Assembly: GCF_000315625.1 (NCBI RefSeq)
Contig: NW_005434564.1
Span: 169,849-233,848 of the forward strand
Source of the DNA: Guillardia theta CCMP2712
Taxonomy: Eukaryota > Protista > Cryptophyta
Length of the DNA stretch: 64,000 bases
Reading direction: 5' to 3'
Positions 12,801-27,339 of the stretch are shown piece after piece. The notes under the pieces were generated by a model. It did not search any database. It was not told where the DNA came from and was given only the letters and a program-made list of their open reading frames with translations. The translations under genes and the position numbers were made by a program. The number at the start of each line of letters is the position of its first letter. Positions within the stretch are counted from its first letter, which is position 1.

Positions 12801-14208
12801 CTCCTCCTTCTCCTCCTCCTCCTCCTCCTCCTCCTCCTCCTCCTTCGCTGCTCTCGTCTGTGGGCTGATTCATTTCCAGGGTACTAGCGAGTACGGCGCC
12901 ATCCCTGGCATTGCTGAGGACGCGGGGCAGTCAAAGTGCGTTGCTGCCCGCACACTGCTCTACAAGGTTCAACTCCTGCTGCTGCAACCCTCTCCTCCGT
13001 TTTTCCTTTCCCCTCGTCCTCATCTTCCTCCCCTCGTCCTGCTGCTCGCTCGTCGCTCCCCTCTCCTCTCCCCTCTCCCTCCTCATTCCCTCTCCTCCAC
13101 ATCTTCCTCCTCATCCTCCTCCCTGGCCTGACCTGGAAGCAGGCGGGAAGGATCTTGTACCTGGGCTTGTCCTACTCCTCGCAGAAGCAGTTTGTCGAGG
13201 CCTTCGCTCTCTTCGAGCGTGCGACGCAGCTTGTCAAGGTGGCGCGGACTCGCTTCGAGGAGAGCGGCTGCGCGGACCCGGTCGACAAGGACTGGCTGGA
13301 CCGCGTGCAGCTGCTGGGGACTCAGCACAAGCTGGAGGCGCACGCGAGCTGGGTAGCGAGCAAGGGGAGTGTGAACCCGACTAGGGAGATTTCAGGGGAG
13401 AACATGAAGAAGGTGAGGAGGAGGAGGAGGAGGAGGAGGGAAGGGAGGAGGACGAGGACGAGGACGAGGGAAGGGAGGAGGACGAGGACGAGGACGAGGG
13501 AAGGGAGGAGGACGAGGAGGAGGAGGTGGTGGTGGTGGTGGGAAGGGAGGAGTAAAGCCAGGAAAGGAGAAGAGGGAGGGCAAGAAGATTGTGGATGAGT
13601 GGGAGGAGAAGGAGGGAGAGGAGGAAGGATGAGAGTTTGCGCAGATTTCCGCCATGCCACTCACTGCTCGTCTCAACGACTACGAGGTTTCCTCTCCCTC
13701 TCTCCTCCTGCTCTCTCAGTGTTCGCGCAGGCTGCCGTGTATGGTGACAGCGGGAAAGCGCCCAAGATTGTAGAATTTCCTCCTCCTATCGAGGCAGTTG
13801 CGTGCAAACCTGTGCTGTTTGACCTCGCGCTCAACAAGGTGAGGACTGGGCCAGGAGTCATGTAGAGGGGCAGGGGGAGGAAGGGGGAGGGGATGGGAGG
13901 AAGGGGGGGGGATGGGAGGAAGGGGGGAGAAGAGGGAAAGGAGAACACTGGGGGTTGACGGGGAGGAGGACGGGGGGGTTCGGTGTGGAAGAGGAGGGTG
14001 TGGAGGGCTCAATTGACATGGCTGGACAGATCGAGTTCCCGGATCTCACGGAGAGGTGCAAGAAGAAAGCAGGAGGTGAGGGAGTGGAGGATGGGAAGGA
14101 GGGGAGGGACGGGGGGAGGGATGGGATGGGAAGGAGGGGAGGGAGGGGGGGAGGGATGGAGGCTGACGATCACTTGTAGGCATCATGAGCTGGTTCAGTC
14201 GCAAGTGA
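9832..14208 (+). CDS. SRP68: Signal recognition particle subunit SRP68 (multi-exon; spans an N-gap)
   Basis: FNIPVLK|IIIEAQGLHGLRYGDYQRYR|QYCTRKMRRLRK, AERAWSYAMQL, LAKAVKHS, AYAAW, EEIEPSVRYCRYN, FPPPIEAVACKPVLFDLALN|IEFPDL and C-terminal GIMSWFSRK* are characteristic SRP68 motifs. Confidence 0.93.
10408..10528 (+). repeat. Perfect (CTC/TCC)n microsatellite, ~40 units, in SRP68 intron 2
   Basis: Uninterrupted trinucleotide run ending at the CAG acceptor (10528-10530). Confidence 0.95.
12483..12582. other. Assembly gap (100 N) in an SRP68 intron
   Basis: N run. Confidence 0.99.
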
Positions 14209-14341
14209 GAGGTCGCTGGTTGTCTTGTAACTGTTGGTCTTGTATCTTCAATGAAACTTCAAACTTTGCTCTGTCAGCTGCCCCTCCTCTACTAGACGCT
14301 CCTTCCCTTATATTTACATCTTCCCTATCAATTCCTTCAGC

Positions 14342-17300
14342 TCAGCTGAAACCTGAAAACATCGTCAGTCTCTTCTCTACCTCTCCCCTCCCCTCCTGTC
14401 TCACCGAAGCCCTCGAAGCCCTCGCGCACGGCGCTCAGAAGATACTTGGACAGCTGCGGGTGCGAATCAGCATCAGATACAGGCCAGGCACTCCGGTTCT
14501 TCACCTCTTCCTCCGAGCTGTACTCCGGTAGGTCCAGCTGGTTGAAGCAAGTGTGGGATGACGGCAGTCGCTTCTTGTCACCGCAGCTGCCACCATCGTC
14601 AACGCACGTCAGGTGAGGTTGTTCCCTACCGGTGAATGTTGAACTTCTGCGGTCCATTCATCCCTCTCAAGGCCTTGAAACCGTCCATGGGGACCTGGAG
14701 CAACTTCAACCTTCCTCCCCATCTCAACTTGTTCACGGCTCCTTCCTTTCTTCACTGCCCCTCTCCCCTCCATCGCCTCCTCTCCCCCTCCCTCCCACAA
14801 GCTCAGACCTGCGATGTTCCCGTGACGAACTGAAGGAGGCGAGCCAAGTCCTCCTGGCTGAGCGTCTGTACGATATTCCAGAACCACTGGATCTGAGGAG
14901 ACTCTCTGGTGTAGCTGCCGGACTTCAGTGTCAGAAGGTAGACAGACATCTCAGTCAGCAACATACCCGGTGTACTCGGTGTTGAGCCGGAGGTCTTGAA
15001 CTGCAGGCGCATGGTCACGACCTAGTCTACAGCAGCCGCGCATGCGCTCACCATCGATGGTCGGAAGGCCGCACATGAGGAGCTCGAGCTCCGCGCACGT
15101 GAAGATGGAGATGAGGTCAGGGGCATGAGCTGGTGGAAGCCCTCCTTGAACGCATCGATCTGCTCCTTGATGCCCTTGGTCATCTGCTGCTCCGCCACCA
15201 GCTGTACATACCTAAGGAGAAGGGGCGTGAGGGTTCACTAAGAGGATGCTACAGACACTGCTTACTCGTGCTTGTTCTCCTCTGTTACAGGGACGTTCCT
15301 TCCGTTGGGCTTCAAGTCGATGGTCAGCATCTCCCCGAACTGCTCTCGCACGATGCTGAAAGTTTCCTCGAGGATGTCGGTGATATCGTTGTTGAGCATC
15401 CATCCCAGGTTCCTAAAATACTCCGGATCGATCGACTCCACGTCGGTGTACTCGATCGGCTGATTTAACATATGTTTGTACATGGACAGCGTGAAGTGGC
15501 TGTCAAGAAGCTGCTCATCCCAGATCGCCTTGCCGACTATTTGACCAGCGAACTTAAAGTACTTAAGATGATCGGGCTGGATCGTGGAGGCAGGATTCGG
15601 TTGATACGTCAGACCGTTGGCCGAATGAATGAACAGAGCCTTGTCTGGGTTCAGCATCTGTTTCGAGAGGATGAGATACCACTCCCTTGTCAGCCCTCCC
15701 GCGTCTACTCCCTCCTCCCCGTTGAAGGTGACCGTCAGCCTGCCCTTGAGCTCGTCCGGTTTCCTCAGGACTATCTGGTGGAACGAGTCTTCAAACACGT
15801 AGTCCCTCCTGACGTTGATCCTGATGGAGTTGTATCGCTGGCTGACGTTGCGCTTCTTCAGCTCAGACCTGAAGAAGTGCTTCTTGTTGTCGAAGTCCAA
15901 CAACTTGGGGTATCGGACAAGAGGCGCAAAAGCAATGGAGTGTAACAACGACTTGTCCTGGCGGATATACATGTTTAGAGTATGCCTGTGTTGTTCGGCG
16001 AATGACACGAACTCCTTCACGTTGAGTGCGCTGGGATTTCTGCCAGGCGAGCACTCACCCTCTGCAGCCTTGTCCACGTCCATTGAGCTCGAAGACTTGC
16101 CAGCATTCTTGGATGAGGAAGCGTTCTTCACAGAGTCAGGTGCCTTCACGACCAGGAAGGCCTCGAAGAGAGGTTGCATGCGACAAAGTGCCGGGGACAA
16201 CGAGCCATGGCCCGTTGACTTGGTGTTTGACTCCGTCCTCTCCAGCATGGACAGACACTCTCCAAGCAGGTGCCACAGGTCTTGGAGCTCGACAGCCTCT
16301 CCCAAGGATCTTCTTGAGACTGTGTCGATGAGCATCTCCTGGGTGTTGGGATCTTCAGCGCTCGTATCGCTGGACTTTGTCGGCCAAAGGGACCTCAGCA
16401 TCTTCACCAGCCTGAGCAATTTATAATCTTGCTCCCCGATGAATGTTTCAAGGGACATGTTCTTCGATTCCTTGCAGTCCCTCAAAAACAGTTCCAGAGC
16501 CACCTTCGACTTCTCTCCTTCACCTTTAACTTCTGCAATCAGATGAGAAATGCATGCCACCAGGTTGATAGGGTTGCACGACAAGCTCTTGAACAGTGAA
16601 GTCAACCTTTCCATGCACTTCGACGAGTTCCCTGATGCAGTTAAAGTCTGGGTGAGACAATGCAATTCAAGGACATTGACTTTGGGCATTGAAAACTTTG
16701 TTCCTTCAGCCGTGGGCTTGGTCTCTGCCGTTTCTTCCTCCAAGGTCTTTTCTACAAATTGAACAGCTGTGTTGAGTAGCTGCAAAACCTGCTCCTGCAG
16801 TGCAATGCTTTTGGTGGCCGTCTCCGTCGCTAAGAAAGAAATCAGGGATGAAATGGCTTTTTTGTCTGGAGTCAGGTCTGTCTTGTCTAGGAATTGAAGC
16901 TTAGGCATCAAGTGTTTCTGGAAATCCTTGACTACACGATCTTCCAAGAAATCGTCCTTGAGCATTGTTTTGCACACTTCATTCTGATACATAGCCAGAT
17001 GACAAAGGGCTTCAACGGCTCTTCTGCAGATGGTGATTGGAACAAAAGCATCGCTGACGGCATTGTTCGCGCTGTATCCGTACATCTCATGATGCTTTGA
17101 GTTTTGATCGCACGATTGCAGAATCACACTGAGCAAGAACCGAACGGCAACGTCGCGAGTGCCCTCGTGTGCCGCAATGTGCAACAAAATCTTGTTCATG
17201 AGCGCTTTGGTCACGGGTTGAACCAGGAACAGGAGCTTCAAGATGTAAGTGACACTGCCTTCGTCGATAACTTGCATCAACTTCTTTGCTTGTGGCTTGC

Positions 17301-20300
17301 TGGCATTGTTGTTTGCAGCACGAGCAGGTTCTTGGCGAGAGGAGGTATTTTGCGATTGCCTCCGTGACATACCAAAGCTGTGATGAAGGCTCCTTCCAAA
17401 ATCGTTCTCCCTCTCCCTCAGCAAGGCTGCTTCAGCCACCAGATGAGGTGGAAGAGTTGCCAAGAATGCGTCGTCCGAGGTAAGAAGGACTTCTTCTCGC
17501 AATTCTTGACTCAGGGTGGCGATGAAGGAAGCATTGTCCATGTCCTGAGAACGAGAGGTGTCCGCTTCCACCGCGTTGTTCTGCTGCTCCTCCCTCTGAT
17601 GTTGGCGAATAACATCAGCCTTGCAAAACAAAGTCATTCATTGTTCAGAAGCAGCAAAATAATAGAGTGTTACCTGGATGTCAGGGGGAAGGGCTGCAAG
17701 GAACTCTGGGTCGATAGAGCTCGCCGCTGTTGAGGCGAGTTGTGCAGCAGCATTTCTGTTCATCTGCTGTTGCATGACTTCCGCCCTAAGGTCCTCAGGC
17801 AACTCTGCCAGAAACGTCGGGTCGATCCCTGCAGAGTCTGCGTCCACGTTCTGAGTGCTTGCACTCGGAGATGGTTCGTTGGGCTGCACTGCAGACGCGT
17901 TGCCGGAAGCAGGCTCTGTAGTGATTTTCTCTGCATCAGCAGCCTCAGATCGGCTTTCAATCTCTGCTGGTCCTTGTTGCTCAGCAGAAGGGGCGTCCTG
18001 CATAGTTTCCGTTGGCATTTCTTGACCCGACGATTCATCTGACTGAAGCGAGAGCTGCAATGCTGCTTGCAGTTCGTTATCGTCCTCCTCCATGGCGTCC
18101 GAACGGTTCGCAATCGACGACGAAAGAGTCACTTCCGAATCCACTTGCTGAATTTCATCAACGGAACGCTCGTGTGCTGCAAACAAATTTTTAGGAGAAT
18201 CAGTCAGATACGGATAAATTGATACAAGATGCAGCATCATACCTATTGACATTGTAGAAACATTCCCCCCGTTGTCTTCCTCCATGTCATTGTCTGCTGA
18301 AGAAGTTGCACCTCGCCTGCTTGGATCAGATCCTTCTACTGGGAGTGCGGCATTCCGACTCGTTGGATCCTCGGCAGCGTTGTTTTCCATCAAAAATGAA
18401 GCTAATGTGTCCTCCATCTCTATCGCCATGTTGCGCATGGCCTGGCTAGATCCTCTTCCATCATCAGTCCACCTGCTAGTTGCACTTGCATTGTTTTCCA
18501 TGTTCTGCCTTCCCAACAAGTGCATAGCTTGATCCCCAACTAAAACTCGACCCATCGACCGAGATCCAATGCCTCCAAATATGAGTTCTGTCCTCAATCT
18601 GCGCGAAATTCCGCGCTCCGCATTATCTGCACCTTCTCGGTCTCCATCCGAAGCAGAGCTTCTGCTTCGCGTACGATCGCCATGCCTTGTCAACAGAGGA
18701 TGCTCTGACGGAAGGGCTTCATGATTTGGTACAGTATTGCGTCCACCTGGCAAAATTCCTCTTTCAATGAGGGCTCTGCTTGGGAAGCGCAACAAAGGCA
18801 TATCATGAAGCGAAGGAATGGCGACCATGTCGTGAAACATTCGTCTGCCACCCATAAAATCGTCCCGATTCCCTGACATCAAAAAGCTAAATACATGCTG
18901 AGGATGGGCGTCTTGATCGTCAACTTCCATACCATTGACGTCGGCAACGTCTACAACCTCGTCTCTGATCAGACTCTCGTTTTCAACCAATTGTTCCATA
19001 ATGTTGTTGAGATCATGCCTTGAGAGGCTTTGCGAGCCAGCATGGTGGTTCAAGATTATCTCCGGGACACTCTCGCGATTCAAACGAGTCAAGAAAGGCT
19101 CTTCTTCTCGGTCTCCTTCCAGGATGGCTTGGTACTCATCATCCTGACCTTGACTATCCCTGTCTTCATCATCCTCTATGAATCTCTCAAAGCTGTCATC
19201 ATCAATTGTGTCTTCGTCTTCCTCCTCCTCCTCCTCCTCCTCCTCTTCATCCGAATCTTCTTCATCTGAACCTCGCATATCATCGTTGACCGAGCCTTGA
19301 TCATGCATCTCTTCGTCCCGCGAAGCTGAATGATCATTTTCAATCTCGTGCTCCATGTCCATCGATTGATTTTCATTCGACAAAGATTGCAGATTTGAAC
19401 GAGAGTTATCACCATTTCTGTTCCGATCTTGGCCTGTTCCGCTATCGTTGACATTCGAGTCCGAGTTGCCCCCTTGTTTCTTGGCAGAGGGAACAGATGC
19501 CTTATCGCTTTGGTAAGCATTAGCACAGATTACTTCAAGTGGTCTCAAGATCGAGGTTGATGCCCTCGATGCATTGGGATGATGGAGATCCATGCTTGCG
19601 ACTGCTTTACATAAAGCCTGTGGAACTTTACAATCCTGCAAAAGCTTGATCGTCTCTGGAGCTGGTTCGTTTGAAGTTTGGTTGGGATGAACCTTGGCAG
19701 TGACCAAAGTGTTCAGAATATCTGAAATACTCTGCAACATCAGAAGATGACCAGTCATCCGTGATCGCGTCGAAGAATTCAAAACGCAAACTATTTCTGT
19801 TAGAACCTTCTTCCTCACTTCAGATCCTCGAGAAAGTAACGAAATCACCAGAGATGTCGAGCGGCGCGATATGTCACTGACTTCCTTGATACTTTTCTGT
19901 GCATTCTTCCCATTGGAGGGACTGCAATGAGGAAGCAATTCTCTCAGGAGATATTGCACGAAAGTTTCATTCGATTTCTGAGAACTGTCCCCCTTAGTCT
20001 CTGACGAATCAATCGTATACTTCAACAGCATCTGTGCGCATCCAGGATAAAATTTCACAATGTCTGCCAAATATCGTAGGATATTCACGGGAGTAATCGC
20101 GCTCAACTCTTCATTTTTTGCTGTAGAAGCAGGCTTTTCACCCTGGGACTTGTCTAGCTGCATGCTCTCTGATGATCCGCAACTGGCATCTGCTGTGGTC
20201 TTCAACTCACTGCTCTTTTCGATGCTGTGCTCCTGAGGCTGATTCTTAATTCGTGGATCAGCCAATAACTTGTTGATAAGCAAAGAGACAATCGTGTTGG

Positions 20301-23300
20301 TAACTTCTGTCAAATTTCGTGAAGATCCCTTGCCCTTCTGCAAATTTGAAATGGATCCACCAGATGATTGGCGATGTAGCTCAGCAGCCACATCATTGTT
20401 GGTATAATCTGCAAATCGTGGTCAGTATCGATCAACGCTAACAAAACAATTTACAAAATAAATCACCTTGATGAGTTTTGTCCTCTTTCTTATCCAAGAT
20501 TGCAATCAACTTTCTCCCATCTTCATTGACAAGTTTACAGCATGATTTGATCGCTTTGGCGAAGGTATTGGCATCTCTTTGAACCAAAGACGCAGACGAA
20601 CTGAGAAAAGCCTTCAATGTGGGATTCTTCCCATTGTTGCGTGCCATCATTGATGACAGGATTGATCGGATCTCACTGACCATGCTCGCTTGCAATGAAT
20701 GGGAATCTTCTAGAACATGCCTGATGATCGATCCAGTAACAACTGCCTGGCCTTGATACGAAGATCGCTTTGGAATGCTGAGCAATCTTTCAACCGCCCC
20801 CTCATGAAAGAATATGGAAGCTAAGGAATGATGCCTGGTCAATCGTGCGCAGACGTCCAGTATTGCCTGTAACAAGTGTGGCTCTGGATCTTTTTGCAAC
20901 AAACCAATACAAAACCTCATAAGGGTTGCGTGTTCAGATATGACCTCATCATCCTTTGGATCTGCCTTCTCATTCTGGGCCCCTTGACTTACATCCTCGG
21001 TCTTGGATCCCACTTCGCGCAAATCAAGAGCCTTGTTCTTTTCAGTATTCGCCAAGACCTTGTTCAGCACAAGCAGACAGGAACAAATCCAATCAGCAGG
21101 TTTCTGCTCTGCCTCAATTGCAGAGGAGTTGTCACACAAAAACTTGCTTAAGATCTTGAATGATCCAGCGTTGCTGGCGACCGTGCAAAGATCGGAATTT
21201 TCTGAAACCAGAATGGCCAATATCAAGATAAGACGACTTAAACCATCCGGTTTCACGCTTGAATCTTGTATCGCATTCAAGATGGATTGAATGAGGCTTT
21301 CTTGCTGCTTCTTATCATTCTTGCAAAGCCATGAAAGCATGTCTACGCATGCAAACTCAACTCTGTTTCCAGCGCCCAAAATACCAACGCACCATTCGAC
21401 TGCATTGGCCCTGATGTATTCCGACTGATTTGCACGGGACGATTGATCATTGCTTGATTCTTGCACCTTCTCCTTGTGAGATACATTCGGATCACTGCTA
21501 TTAGCTGTGACACCTGCATTCTGGCTTTCTGATTGGCTACTTGCTTGATTCATGGAGAGAGCTAGCGCCCTTGCTATTTCAGATTCTTCGTCTTCAACTC
21601 CAATTTCACTGTTCATGAACAGCCATTCAGTTGCATGCTGAATACTGTTTGTTTGTATTACATCCAGTGCCATGTGAACCCTTCTTTCATCGAAGCCCAT
21701 TTCAACAAGAGCAGACACAGTTGCAGGATCGTGAGCAAAGCTCCTTTGGGGTTGAGTTGAAGCAGTTTCTGCGCGCCCTTCAGTAGGATTATTTTCTTCA
21801 GGCTTCATCAATAAAGCGTAAATATCTATGACTGAAGAGACCAAAGGTTTCGGCCATAGTTCAGCCGAAGATCGGATATTTGTCCACAGAGGCATCAACG
21901 AGTTGTGCATTTCTACCTTGATGAAAACATTGTGAGACTTATAGTCAAAATTGCTGTTGCCAGGCTGTGAAGAGCTTCTATTGTTTGATGGCCATTGGGT
22001 CTCCAGGACACGCTTACAGAACGAAATCGATTTCACCAGAGCAACACATTTCGCTTCAAACAATTTCTTTTCCTGTACATGTCGTGTCTCCAAGACTGAT
22101 TCGACAAGATTTCCAATCAAATTGGTGGCAGCTTCCATCCCTTTTGACGTTATGAAACCTTGCAGCAAGACAGTGTTCGCGCTGTTCCTAGCTGGTGGCC
22201 GCTGCGAATCGCCGAGAAGGAACGGCATCGCTTGACTTCCAAACAAGCACAGACTAGCCGTGACAAGTGAATCGACGATTGCACGCGGAACTGAGTCCAC
22301 ATCACGAATCATTGCCACATCAATGGTCAATACTCTCTGCAAAGCCTCTGACATATTCTTAGAAAGAGCTCTTTCATGAGTAGCATGCTGTGCATTCCTG
22401 TCATCTTGCCTCCTCCGACTAGAACTACTCAACGAAGTGCTAAGTCTCACAAACAGGTGTGAGATTGCAGAGGTCACTTCACTCTTCAAAGACGTACGAG
22501 TATTCGTATTTGAGCGGCGTTCGGTCGGCAAGCTTGCCTCTGCCTCCGGGGCATTATCTGACAACCAATCACCAAGAGGCTCTTCATTCGACTGCCCTTG
22601 TGTATCAACAGCAGACCTCGCTCCAGGAGATTCATTTTCCATGGTCTGTGCTTCACCTTTATCAGATTCCACTGTGTTGGTGTTTGGCTGACAGCTCAAG
22701 CGAACATAGCACTCCGCGATATCTCGAATGAGTTTGATACCCCGTTCGTTATCAAGTTCTGCCGCTGTAGAACTTCCGCGCAAACAACCAAAAATACCGG
22801 ATAAAAGATTCACATGGATTTCCAAGCTTAAAAGGTCTGAGTCTGGACGTGAATCCGACAACACCGGTTCCATCATCACACCTGGCAACGGAATCCTGCT
22901 CAAAATGGTATCGAGGAGGCTTTGAGTGCGGCGAATGACTTCTTCAAGTACACTCCCTGAAGAATGAAAGGCAGTCTTTCCAATTACTAAGATTATGTAC
23001 TTTCCTGCTTCTGACTTGGAGAAATCCTGTGGGATTTCTCGTGATGATATCAGTTTGAGCACAGCATCTATGCCTTTGTTTCGAACAAAAGACCTCGCAT
23101 GCTCAGAAGCTGACATTAAGGGGTCCAAGAGCTTGCCCAAGAACTCAAGAGAACACAAAAGGTACGCTTCTGCTGTGAGGTTGTTGCTCGCCCTTCCTTC
23201 TCGTGTGGTCCAGTGACTACCATCCTGCATTGCATGCTCGTTCGCAATTCTGCCCATGATTATGGGAATTTTGTTGGCCATATTTACACATCCTTTCATA

Positions 23301-25762
23301 CAAGCGTCCAACAAGGAAGGATTGTGCCGCATCAATTCTTCCAGTTGATTTCCAAGATGGCACGGTGTCTCTCCTTGTAAAACTGGAATGGTTCGCTCCG
23401 AGCAGATCGAATCCATGAATTTTCCAATAGGTTGCATTTGTTCAAGCAATTGACTTCCAGAGCTTGATAGACACAGCGCCCCCATCATGGTAGGAATGAC
23501 TGATACAGATCCTCGGGAAATGGGAAAACCTTCCGAAACCGCCTTCAACGCAGCCTTGGCAATACCGTTGGAGATCACCAATTGGAGGCAGCTTGGTTCC
23601 TGACAAACAAAAAAGTTCAGAACGAGCATACTATATAAAAGCGAAAGAAATACTTGGTGTACGAACTCTGTCAGAAGCCCAGCAGCTTTCTCAAACACAG
23701 ATGCCCCAAATATCTCATTCCTCTCGAAAATCGTGCAGAGGATTTTCGGCACTTTCTCCCCTGACATAAACTCCCTCACATCACTTGAGCTTGCAACGGG
23801 AGATGCTGCTGAAGAAAGCAGATGTAAAATAGCACCCAGAAGGCGACATCTTTCAAAGTTTTCCTCCAATCTTGCACGATGTGGGATGAAGGGTACAAAG
23901 CATGCTGAGTTGTCGTCGCCTTCCACAGTTTTGACACTTTCTTCTCCCGCGGCATCGCCCTTCGCGTCGACCATTTCTGTGTCATTACAAGAAGCGAGAT
24001 CAAGCAAGGCCTTCACTTCAGCATCTGCTCTGTCAACCAAGATGCTCAAACCATTCATTTCTTTGAAGCTCTGCTGCATCTCATTACTGTAATTCATCAT
24101 GACCTCTACTGTCTTTACAGCCAGAGTAATGAATCTTCCCCGCCTAGACAAAGGATTAATGCTCAGATCATCTCAAAAAGTAATATCAATCACACGTACC
24201 TCGAAGCGTGGTCCTGCAACATGGGCAAGATTAAGTGCATGATACCAGCTGAATTCAATGCATTGTTGCCATTATTGCTTCCAGAGAACATCCAAGTGAA
24301 CGCAAGCAGTGCTTCCCCAAATTTCAGGCGTTCAAGATTTGTAACGTTAGCCTTGGTTGGACTGGTGTTGCCTTCCAAAATCAAGTTTTTGGCCTGTATT
24401 AATCAATCAAAGTTCAGAATATTTCAACAGCGGAGAGATCATGATTGACGCACCCTGCGTATCATGGAGGAGAGTATAACAGCATGGGACGCAGCTGTAG
24501 ACGCTAGAACAGAGCTCGACTGCTTTGACCTCTCAGACAACAACGCCGTCAACGCTTTCAAAGATAGTGTTTCAATATCCAGTGGAAGCAGGTCGTTATC
24601 TGGCTGTTGAAGAACTTCAATCAATTCACTGAGACGGGACTCGCTTCCGATATTGGTCATTGCCGACATATTATAGACAGATTGGCACTGTGCGAACACC
24701 GTAGTTGCCATGATTTGAACACGAATCCACTGCAATCGCTGTTCAAAAGACGTGAAAGCTTGCGCCATCCTAATTCTAGTTTTCAACGCAAAGTGACTGT
24801 CATCTGGCACTTTGTATTCCGACATGATCTTCTGAAATATGTCCTCATCCGAAGCAGATTGATCTTTGATATCCATAAGGATCGAAATAGGACCTTCGTC
24901 TGCAGAAGGATCAAACCTTCAAAAAAGCATTTGGAATTAGCTCTTACCATCATTTTCATTGAGGTCGCTTTGCATGCGGTAAAAGCTCATTTTCAAAAAA
25001 GTGCCCTATGTTCCAAGTCATTCACAATTGGTGATGGAAATATGTCAAGGAGAGGATTGAAGTTTGAAAAAGTTCAGAAGGAAGCGAACCTGAGGTGAGG
25101 AGTTGGAAATGGCTTGAAGTATTGTTAGGGAGTTATCCTGCGAACAGAACGACGAAGATGCCAACGAGCTGAGTTTGGTCATAAACTCGCTCTCGCTCAC
25201 TATCTGTCTTGTCGAACGGGGTGTCGCGAGGACTGAAAGAACTTTCAACACCCCCATAATGATGTCACAATTTCTATGTTCAATCAAGCGCTTAAGATGC
25301 TGCCATAATGTATGAGTTCGAGATCAGATGGAATCAAGCAATTCTTACCTCATAGGAATTGTAGACCTGCCTGTTGCCACAGTTTTCCAAAATTAGCCGA
25401 GTGAACTTCAAGACACTGACGATCAAGTCTTCGGAGGTGAACTCAGAACCAAGGAACCCATCAAACAGATCCAGGATACGAGACCACTGCAACAGATCGC
25501 CCTTTGCACATTTCAATAGGCTATTTGAAAATTCGTATGAATTACCTTCTCATATGGCCACGGCGCGTCCATTTCAAGTACATAATTCATGACTTTCAGA
25601 AGCTCCGCTGGTTTGTTCTGAAATTTCTCGATTTGTCGTTGGATGTCATCCAGACAAGAAGGCTGTTGCATATTCGTCAGACGATCAAGTAGAGAGAGGA
25701 ATCATTCGAAGCATTACAAGAAGCGGCAAAGGACGCTTTCTCTTCGCGGTGACGGGAGCCAT
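14342..25762 (-). CDS. HUWE1: HUWE1/UPL1/Tom1-type HECT E3 ubiquitin ligase (N-terminal ARM region, UBA, UIMs, UBMs, HECT); apparent 1-nt frameshift near 15120
   Basis: N-terminal WPYEK|GDLLQWSRILDLFD; UBA LVEMGFDERRVHMAL..SIQHATEWLF; UIMs EIARALALSM and ELQAALQLSL; UBMs IDPTFLAELPEDLRAEV and IDPEFLAALPPDIQ; HECT LDFDNK, VRRDYVFEDSF, EEGVDAGGLTREW, FVTGTS, LPSSHTCFNQLDLPEY; C-terminal EGFEGFGFS*. Confidence 0.95.
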
Positions 25763-27339
25763 ATTACAAGGCGCCTGTAATTGCAAAGCAGCACATGACC
25801 AGATTAAGTGATGAGCTTGCAAACCTAACATTTTCGTACCTTGACACACTAGAAGATATATGAGAGACTGGCCAAGCACCACTTTTCACCTGCAATGTTG
25901 GGTTAGTACGCACCACCAAATGAATTGGTCTGCAAGCGTCTAGAAAATGAATCTCAAAGCCAATACATACGAGACAATGACAGACAGATTATTCAGTATA
26001 TCACGATCTTGTGGAAGACAATCATAGCAGATGTCAGACAGGAAAGGGGGGAGAAGGAGGGGGAACAGACTGACACGGCGAAGTCACGCGACAAGTCCCC
26101 ACCAACAACATGGTGCGGTGGGGAAACAAAGGCATCTTCTAAAGGATTGAGATGCATCAAGGAAACTGCGATTGAGGGAGCATTCGACTCTTGCCATGAA
26201 GTGGGAATAGATAAGAGGAGGAGCTTGGGAGCGAGGAGCGCATACCACAACGAACGCTGGGCTGAACAAAGTTGGAGCATGGTGCCAGGACAGGTGTGAA
26301 GTAAGGGTGGGAGAAAGATGGCGTGTTTTAAAACATGTTATAAACTTTTGCTACGGGTCAACACGATGAGAAAAATACTTGTAGAGTTTTAAAACATCCA
26401 ACTCGAATTGGAATTGTGCAGGGTGAATTTTCGATCTCAGGTTGAAAATAAAGGGACAAAATCAGTTATATGTGATCGAAATTCGCTAGGAGGTTGCTAT
26501 CATTTGGGCGACATTGTCCAAATTCAAGCAAGAAATCCCCAAATGCAAATACTTTTAGTAACAGTACCAACTCTCCCAGGAATCACTCACGCATTATAGA
26601 GAGCTTTCAAAAATCGTGACATAACAAGAGCTCATCTGTAGTGCATTCCTACCTTGGATCGTGAATATAAATATTTTTGTGGATGTGTGGTATGCAAATA
26701 ACTAGCATAGATACAAAATGTTGTATATTCGGTAGAGATTATAATATGTGGTTTTAAAATAGTAAGTTGAGGCTTTTCAGATTCGCCTCAGAGCTTTTCA
26801 TAGAAAGTTTGCCAAGGACACCGTTTACCTCTCGGAGTTTTGAAGGTGGGTGGGGTACTTTGCAGATTTTGTATGGTGGGGGTAGTATCCTGTGTCTCAA
26901 TATCAGATGTAACTACTGGTAAAAGGTAGGGTGAAGACCAACAATTGGTCAAATATAGGGTAGGGTACAATATCCCGAGTTCTCAACAAAGGAGGGTGGG
27001 GGGTGGTAGATTGTCGGAATGGAATGGAGACAAGGCGAAATCCAGTAGGGAGCAGTGAAGGTAGCATGCAAGACAGGAGGAGAGTTAGGATGTGAGACCA
27101 TTCACAAGACTGGAGATTGAAAAGGAATATGAGCTATGCAAGGAACACAAGAATCCGAATCCATGCAAGGTAGATCGAAAGAACTGGGAAACTGCTGCCG
27201 GGAAAACTTCAATGAGCACAGGAAAGGTAAATGGGAAGCAGAGACCTCATACACGAAGATCGCAATGACTAAGATATAGAGAAGAGAAGGAAGGGTTAGA
27301 AAGGTCATGCCAGAGGAGAGCATATCAGAGGAGAAGATT

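Noticed and set aside
23602-23655. Hydrophobic 'TM-like' segment VFLSLLYSMLVLNFFVCQ in the HECT ORF (similar case at ~18178-18243)
   Set aside because: It is an in-frame, stop-free GT-AG intron read through by the ORF caller.
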